Assembly: GCA_964234715.1 (NCBI GenBank)
Contig: OZ174289.1
DNA: 64,000 nucleotides
Direction: 5' to 3' (one strand)
Source of the DNA: Podarcis melisellensis
Lineage: Eukaryota
Shown here: positions 60,901 through 64,000 of the stretch, piece after piece
How the letters are laid out: each line of letters opens with the position of its first letter
How positions within the stretch are numbered: the stretch's first letter is position 1
Program-made: the position numbers and the translations under genes
The notes under the pieces: generated by a model
The model's input: only the letters and a program-made list of their open reading frames with translations
The model's database searches: none
Told to the model about the DNA's origin: nothing

Positions 60901-63900
60901 TTTTTTTAAAAAAAACTCTACACTTTAAAATTCAGTTGCTGTAATCCAATAACAAAATAGTCTTGTTTATATGTTAGCATTTAGCTGTGCAGTTGAGCAT
61001 TGTGTGAAAGGGCTCCCATTTGGGGCTGGCAGGAGTTGCAGTTCCGAAACCTTTGATGGGCACTCGCTGGGTTGGGAGGGAAAGCTGAACTAGATCAAAA
61101 TAACCATACAAGGAAAGCAGAAATACATTTAAATGGGAGGCAGACAAATAAATAAATGTTGGAAGGCTAGGAATTTGGGATGATTATTATTTTTAATGTA
61201 AGATCCTCAGGAACCTCCCTTCTATCTGAAGACCCTGGCTTTCCCTCTCCTCCTGAAAACTGGCTCCTGGGGGTCGCAGGTGGATGAGTTGCAGATGTGG
61301 GGCTGGGGGTGGGAAGGGGGAGCAGGATTTGATACAAGATGGCTCCTGCAGCAAGATCCTAGGATCCATTCCTGTGGCTTTTCTGTCATTGCCTGGAATA
61401 TACCTCTCTTCCTGTCACCCCGTTCACACTGGTGTGTTTTTCTTCTTAAAAGGCTGCACAGTCTTGTGAGATGGAAAGTCTCATCCCACTCACTCATGGC
61501 TGCAAAAAACTGGTCCTGGTTGGAGACCCAAAGCAGCTTCCTCCCACAGTTAAATCGATGGTGAGTACGGCACAAATTAAGCTGTTTTCTCTATCCCAGG
61601 AAAGATGAAGTTGTGCAGCCGAGAGCTGGCATTCTGTTTATCTCATGACCCTGTTATTGGCATGAATAAAGTAGACCACCTATCAGCTCCTTAATGGCAT
61701 ATGAGCTGTTTCCAGTGATGATGACTGAATTACTTTGCCTGATCAAGTGAATCACACAGTTTTGCAGGCTTTTCTGAAATGTGGCTCCCATTTTGGTAGA
61801 CAACAGAGCTTTTGTTGAAAGATTTATCTACCCAAGCACGCTGGGATACATTCCAGTGGCAGGTGAGGCAGAGGCAAAAGTGGGTAGGGCCAGTGTTTTA
61901 AAATGCATTTTAAAAATGTATATTAAGAAATATTCCCATAGCAGTAGCCTTTGAGAGACTTTTGCTGCTCAAGCACCACTAATTCTCTTAGTTCTGATGC
62001 ACTGGGGAGAACGTCAGAAGAGGGGAGATGGTCCTGCACTCTTTTTCTCCTGCCGTCTTCCCCACATTCCAGTATATAAAAAGTAGGGTTATTTCATGGG
62101 ACTGTTAATTTCCCAAGTCTTTTATGTAGCTCAAGAGGGCTCATTCATTCGTAATCTCTACTTCAAACATCTATTCCCTGCCGTGAACCCACCCCTGCCT
62201 CATTCCCTCTCCCAATTTGTGAAATGAGCATAATATTACTGATTTCCCTTTATAGGATGGTGGTAAGGGTTATCACAAGGTAATGTACATGGGACACTTG
62301 GAGCCTTCTAAATCAGTGTTTCCCAACCTTTTTTGGGCAAAGGCACACTTGTTTCATGAAAAAAATCTCGAGGCACACCACCATTAGAAAATGTTTAAAA
62401 AATTAACTCTGTGCCTATATTGACTATATATAAAGTAACTCTCTTTAATAGGAATCAAATAAACACAAAGAAAGTATTTTATAATTACTTTATTATGAAA
62501 TAGTAAGTAAACAGAAATATGAAAAATTATAAAATACTTTATTCAGTGCGCCTTTTGTCCCTCTCCTCGAAATGCTCCAACTCAATGTTCCTCCGCGGGC
62601 TGGCCATTGGAGAGCCGTGTCGCCCACACCGCAGCCCAATACAATATGAACCCTCCCCTCGCAAGCGGCAACCCCTCCACACTCCCCACCTTAAGCCTCC
62701 ACACGCGCCCTGCCCAAAGAGATGCCCGCCCGCGCGCAAGGGGATCCTTTACCTCAGCATCCCGCCAAAAAAAAAAAAAAAGGGCGGGAGACTGCGGTCC
62801 CTCAGAGGCTGGGCGTTAGGAAGAAGCAGCTGCCTTCATCCAAGCAGGAGCAGCAGCAGCTGTAGCTGTAGTAGCGCCAAGCTGTGCCGGGGACTCCGTG
62901 CCCATGAGGGGAGGGAGGGGAGAGAGAGGAGAGGGAGCAGGTCGCCCTCTTAAGTCACGCGCGCGCAGGCACCACCACGCATCCCTCGCGCCGTCTCGCA
63001 GAGCCCCTGCTCAGCACCTCCCGCCTCGGGGACGCCCGTCATGAGCCGCTGAGAGGCCGCCAAGCCTCCAGGCTGCTCCCATTCAGCCTTAGGCGCGCGC
63101 CCGCCTCGGGAAAAGCGGAGGTGCTGGGAGGCGGAGAGAGAGAGAGAGAGGACGCCGCTGGCCGCGTCCCACCCTCAGTCAGTCGGCTCGGAGCTACTGA
63201 GGAGAGGGAGGTGGGGACGACGGCGCTTCTGTTCCGCTCGGGGCCAGCGCGCCCCCGCCCCCCTCTCCAGAATCCCCAACTAAATACGATGCGCTAAGGG
63301 AGGGGGGAGAACCCACCCACAAAGAGGAGCCTTTCTGCAGGGCGCCTAAGGCCTCTCGCCGCCCGACTCGCCCTCCCCCCTCCCACGGCACACCAGGCAA
63401 CGTCTCGCGGCACACTAGTGTGCCGCGGAACACCGGTTGGGAAACACTGTTCTAAATCACTGTAAATGTTAAACTGTAAACTAATACTGATCTCCAAGCC
63501 CTCATGTTTATGTAGCCAAAATGTGGCAGGTATGCACAAAAAATGCAGCTTGCAGCAGCCATGCAGAAAATGCAACAGCCATGCACAAGATGGAGCTATC
63601 AGCAGACTTGCTTTGGCCTCTCAGTTTGCAGAAGTACAAAAATATGGTTGGGGGGGACCTAATGTTGTTTCTTCCAAAAACATCCCAGTGAGAACTGAGT
63701 GTGCCCATGAAATACTGGCTTACTCTTGGAGAGGGAAAAGACAAAAAACCCAGAGGGTGTGGAGTTAGCTGTATACCCTGAGCAATTTCACATGGCAACC
63801 TCTTGTTCTTTAGTTGCTGTCTGCTCCTGACCCACCCACTGAAAGTCTCATTCCTCCTCCTTTCTCTTGCTTCTTTCCCACATTCGCAGACAGCTGAGGA

Positions 63901-64000
63901 ATACGGCTATGGGCAGTCTCTGATGGAGCGGCTGTGCAGACGGCTGGATGCGCAGCTCCAGAATAAAGTCATTGACAGGCTTCCAGTCCTGCGCTTGACC
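21347..64000 (+). CDS. SETX: Senataxin (Sen1/Upf1-like SF1B RNA/DNA helicase) or a SETX-like paralog, 3'-partial; 19 coding exons in the window
   Basis: N-terminus METCCWCTP...EDLCYCLECVDEYH. Helicase motifs GPPGSGKS, CAPSNAAVD, CCTLSTSG, VIVDEA, LVGDPKQLPPTV. Spliced frame is open for 5940 nt. Several exon sizes (177, 110, 220, 120, 172, 168, 102, 116, 72, 108) match those I recall for human SETX. Confidence 0.95.
22994..23528. mobile_element. Tc1/mariner (Tc2-like) MITE with GC-rich interior
   Basis: TIR CCATATTTTTCGCTCCATAAGAC...GTCTTATGGAGCGAAAAATACAG. Confidence 0.8.
23579..23831. mobile_element. Tc1/mariner MITE, family A
   Basis: TA|CAGTGGTACCTC...AGGTATGACTG|TA. Confidence 0.85.
23875..24306. 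mobile_element. Tc1/mariner (Tc2-like) MITE with GC-rich interior, opposite orientation to the 22994 copy
   Basis: TA|CCGTATTTTTCACCCTATAAGACGC...GCGTCCTATGGGGCAAAAAATATGG|TA. Confidence 0.8.
24372..24650. mobile_element. Tc1/mariner MITE, family A, inverted
   Basis: CAGTCATACCTC...GAGGTACCACTG|TA. Confidence 0.8.
24915..25386. mobile_element. hAT (Blackjack-like) element containing a degenerate CCAGAGCC minisatellite
   Basis: TIR TAGGGTTGTCATAT / ATACGGCAAGCCTA; TSD CAATTGA(A/T). Confidence 0.7.
25390..26960 (-). mobile_element. Degraded L1-clade LINE RT fragment
   Basis: ORF remnants LDILKAFE, QGCPISP, GLFADD and KMVILPKLPFLFQ, with frameshifts. Confidence 0.8.
27005..27890 (-). mobile_element. 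CR1 LINE RT fragments
   Basis: DTKLGG-like remnant; ORF 27681..27881 HLGYCPQFW...YEERMQNLGLFSLEKR. Confidence 0.75.
27985..28328 (+). mobile_element. Sauria SINE (same subfamily as the 18987 copy)
   Basis: Head and tail signatures; TSD TAAACAACAAATT. Confidence 0.9.
29074..29233 (-). mobile_element. 5'-truncated Sauria SINE
   Basis: 3' half only; 14-bp TSD GGAGACACATGGTA. Confidence 0.85.
30250..30401 (+). mobile_element. Older Sauria SINE 3' fragment
   Basis: gactggacttaactgtcc...ccttacctttacct tail. Confidence 0.65.
31311..31509 (+). CDS. SETX: SETX coding exon 2
   Basis: ttacag|ATC; A|GTGAGT; ILWNLET...LRVPLLEILKYPYLLLH. Confidence 0.95.
32193..32302 (+). CDS. SETX: SETX coding exon 3
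   Basis: gtag|GC; ACG|GTGAGC; KHPGVYLLMVHPNE. Confidence 0.95.
32407..33510 (-). mobile_element. CR1 LINE 3' fragment
   Basis: ORF 32766..33020 LVRLQLEYCVQFWAPQFKKDIDKL; ADDTKLGG remnant; CR1 3' UTR. Confidence 0.85.
34422..34641 (+). CDS. SETX: SETX coding exon 4
   Basis: cacag|GTC; G|GTGAGT; VRRWAIMTA...YKNYWLG. Confidence 0.95.
34886..34926. repeat. (CA)n microsatellite
   Basis: About 20 perfect CA units. Confidence 0.95.
35652..35771 (+). CDS. SETX: SETX coding exon 5
   Basis: gtag|GT; G|GTAATT; ICMVLLVLDEQAMDSLLLGPNKQNDFMQ. Confidence 0.95.
37482..37964. mobile_element. Putative hAT-like MITE
   Basis: TAGAGATG...CATCTCTA termini; TSD (G/C)TCCTGAC. Confidence 0.55.
38912..39205 (+). 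mobile_element. L2 3' fragment
   Basis: RAFSVVEPTLWNALP...FRRHLKAALFRE plus the L2 3' end. Confidence 0.85.
39843..40014 (+). CDS. SETX: SETX coding exon 6
   Basis: ttcag|AT; AG|GTCAGT; PFWPALHCFMVILDKLGSKVWGQ. Confidence 0.95.
41792..41882 (+). CDS. SETX: SETX coding exon 7
   Basis: caaag|G; AAG|GTACCT; EMVTCSQLVYDY. Confidence 0.9.
42345..45737 (+). CDS. SETX: SETX coding exon 8: giant exon (3393 nt) covering the end of the N-terminal domain, the disordered linker and the start of the helicase region
   Basis: ttcag|GTT; ACA|GTAAGT; ORF 42336..45767; ends EILKWNYDMF...YFNTFFPLMMLNTFET. Confidence 0.95.
47300..47433 (+). mobile_element. tRNA-derived SINE with CR1-type 3' tail
   Basis: Degenerate A/B boxes, then ggactagatgatcctcagggtcccttccagctctatgattct. 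Confidence 0.6.
47708..47810 (+). CDS. SETX: SETX coding exon 9
   Basis: gtag|GTG; G|GTGAGT; VAQDWIEN. Confidence 0.9.
48550..48705 (+). CDS. SETX: SETX coding exon 10
   Basis: ccag|CT; A|GTAAGT; QYPKQDDFVVL...HVGCVTRF. Confidence 0.88.
48794..49960 (+). mobile_element. Sauria SINE split by a nested L2 insertion
   Basis: 5' part ends gcaagtag (~48883) and resumes ataaataggtact (~49745), running to cctttaccttt. Confidence 0.85.
48884..49744 (-). mobile_element. Young 5'-truncated L2 LINE, near-identical to 19361-20306
   Basis: Same RT C-terminal peptide in ORF 49035..49982; (TAA)n tail. Confidence 0.9.
50079..50302 (+). CDS. SETX: SETX coding exon 11
   Basis: aacag|AA; TCT|GTAAGT; TQGNLS...SLATMQRMFKALLLL. 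Confidence 0.9.
51190..51511 (+). mobile_element. Sauria SINE
   Basis: TSD ATGAACTATGG; small internal deletion in the head. Confidence 0.9.
51688..51855 (+). CDS. SETX: SETX coding exon 12 (Q motif, Walker A)
   Basis: cacag|TCT; GAG|GTGGGT; FNEDQRTAI...CLIHGPPGSGKSKTI. Confidence 0.95.
52494..52826 (+). mobile_element. Sauria SINE, slightly 5'-truncated
   Basis: TSD CCTATCCAGAC. Confidence 0.9.
53332..53537. mobile_element. hAT (Tip100-like) MITE inside a CR1-like 3' fragment
   Basis: CAGGGGCGTAG...CTACGCCCC termini; imperfect TSD GAGGGA. Confidence 0.55.
54085..54416 (-). mobile_element. Short 5'-truncated retroposon insertion, probably an L1 3' end
   Basis: Flanked by an exact 18-bp direct repeat GGATTGTTATGCATTCCT (54067-54084 and 54417-54434); T-rich left end. 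Confidence 0.65.
54455..54662. mobile_element. Tc1/mariner MITE, family B, inverted
   Basis: TA|CAGTGGTACC...GAGGTACCACTG|TA. Confidence 0.85.
54741..54885 (+). CDS. SETX: SETX coding exon 13 (motif Ia)
   Basis: ccag|AGA; G|GTACAT; RVLLCAPSNAAVDDLMKK. Confidence 0.95.
55615..55716 (+). CDS. SETX: SETX coding exon 14
   Basis: ccag|GA; A|GTGAGT; GNCGDINLVRLG. Confidence 0.95.
55760..56900 (-). mobile_element. Degraded L1-clade ORF2 C-terminal fragment
   Basis: Minus-strand YLTP...CWSC...LKHMFLLC Cys/His-rich remnant; boundaries approximate. Confidence 0.6.
56910..57143 (+). mobile_element. Partial Sauria SINE carrying the same insert as the copy at 1836-2280
   Basis: 56910-56986 is the exact reverse complement of 2065-2141, followed by SINE body. 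Confidence 0.85.
57253..57368 (+). CDS. SETX: SETX coding exon 15
   Basis: ttag|GC; CAG|GTACTT; RKEDLDRQLD. Confidence 0.9.
58487..58558 (+). CDS. SETX: SETX coding exon 16
   Basis: ttcag|CTG; AAG|GTAACT; 72 nt, coiled-coil-like. Confidence 0.88.
59500..59652 (+). CDS. SETX: SETX coding exon 17 (Walker B)
   Basis: ccag|GAT; GAG|GTTAGT; SHIICCTLSTSG...CVIVDE. Confidence 0.95.
61453..61560 (+). CDS. SETX: SETX coding exon 18 (motif III)
   Basis: aaag|GCT; ATG|GTGAGT; AAQSCE...LVGDPKQLPPTV. Confidence 0.95.
62314..63449. mobile_element. hAT (Charlie-like) element with a CpG-island-like internal cargo
   Basis: TIR CAGTGTTTCCCAACC...GGTTGGGAAACACTG; exact 8-bp TSD TTCTAAAT; arms match 6189-6514 in inverted orientation. 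Confidence 0.9.
63890..64000 (+). CDS. SETX: SETX coding exon 19 (cut by the window end)
   Basis: cgcag|ACA; AEEYGYGQSLMERL...LPVLRLT. Confidence 0.92.

Overview
Vertebrate genomic DNA, most likely from a lacertid-type lizard. This is inferred from Sauria/Squam1 SINEs, a Squam3-like SINE, young L2 LINEs, CR1 and L1 fragments, and hAT and Tc1/mariner MITEs. Two multi-exon genes lie head-to-head across a CpG-rich region at about 14.7-16.6 kb. TTF1 (Pol I termination factor, Myb/SANT-type C-terminus) is on the minus strand: 7 coding exons from 11509 down to 1209, with the 3' end probably off the window. SETX (senataxin) or a SETX-like gene is on the plus strand: 19 coding exons from 21347 to 64000, about 1980 codons, 3' end off the window. 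Every exon called has GT-AG boundaries and compatible phases. Main points of interest: (1) divergent TTF1/SETX orientation, unlike the tandem order I recall for human, together with a diverged SETX that may be a paralog; (2) a ~126-aa tandem repeat expansion in the TTF1 N-terminus; (3) a hAT MITE carrying ~840 bp of CpG-island-like cargo that is missing from a sister copy; (4) a Sauria SINE variant with a palindromic insert shared by two loci; (5) a 30-bp-stem intronic hairpin. All comparisons to human are from memory and need checking.
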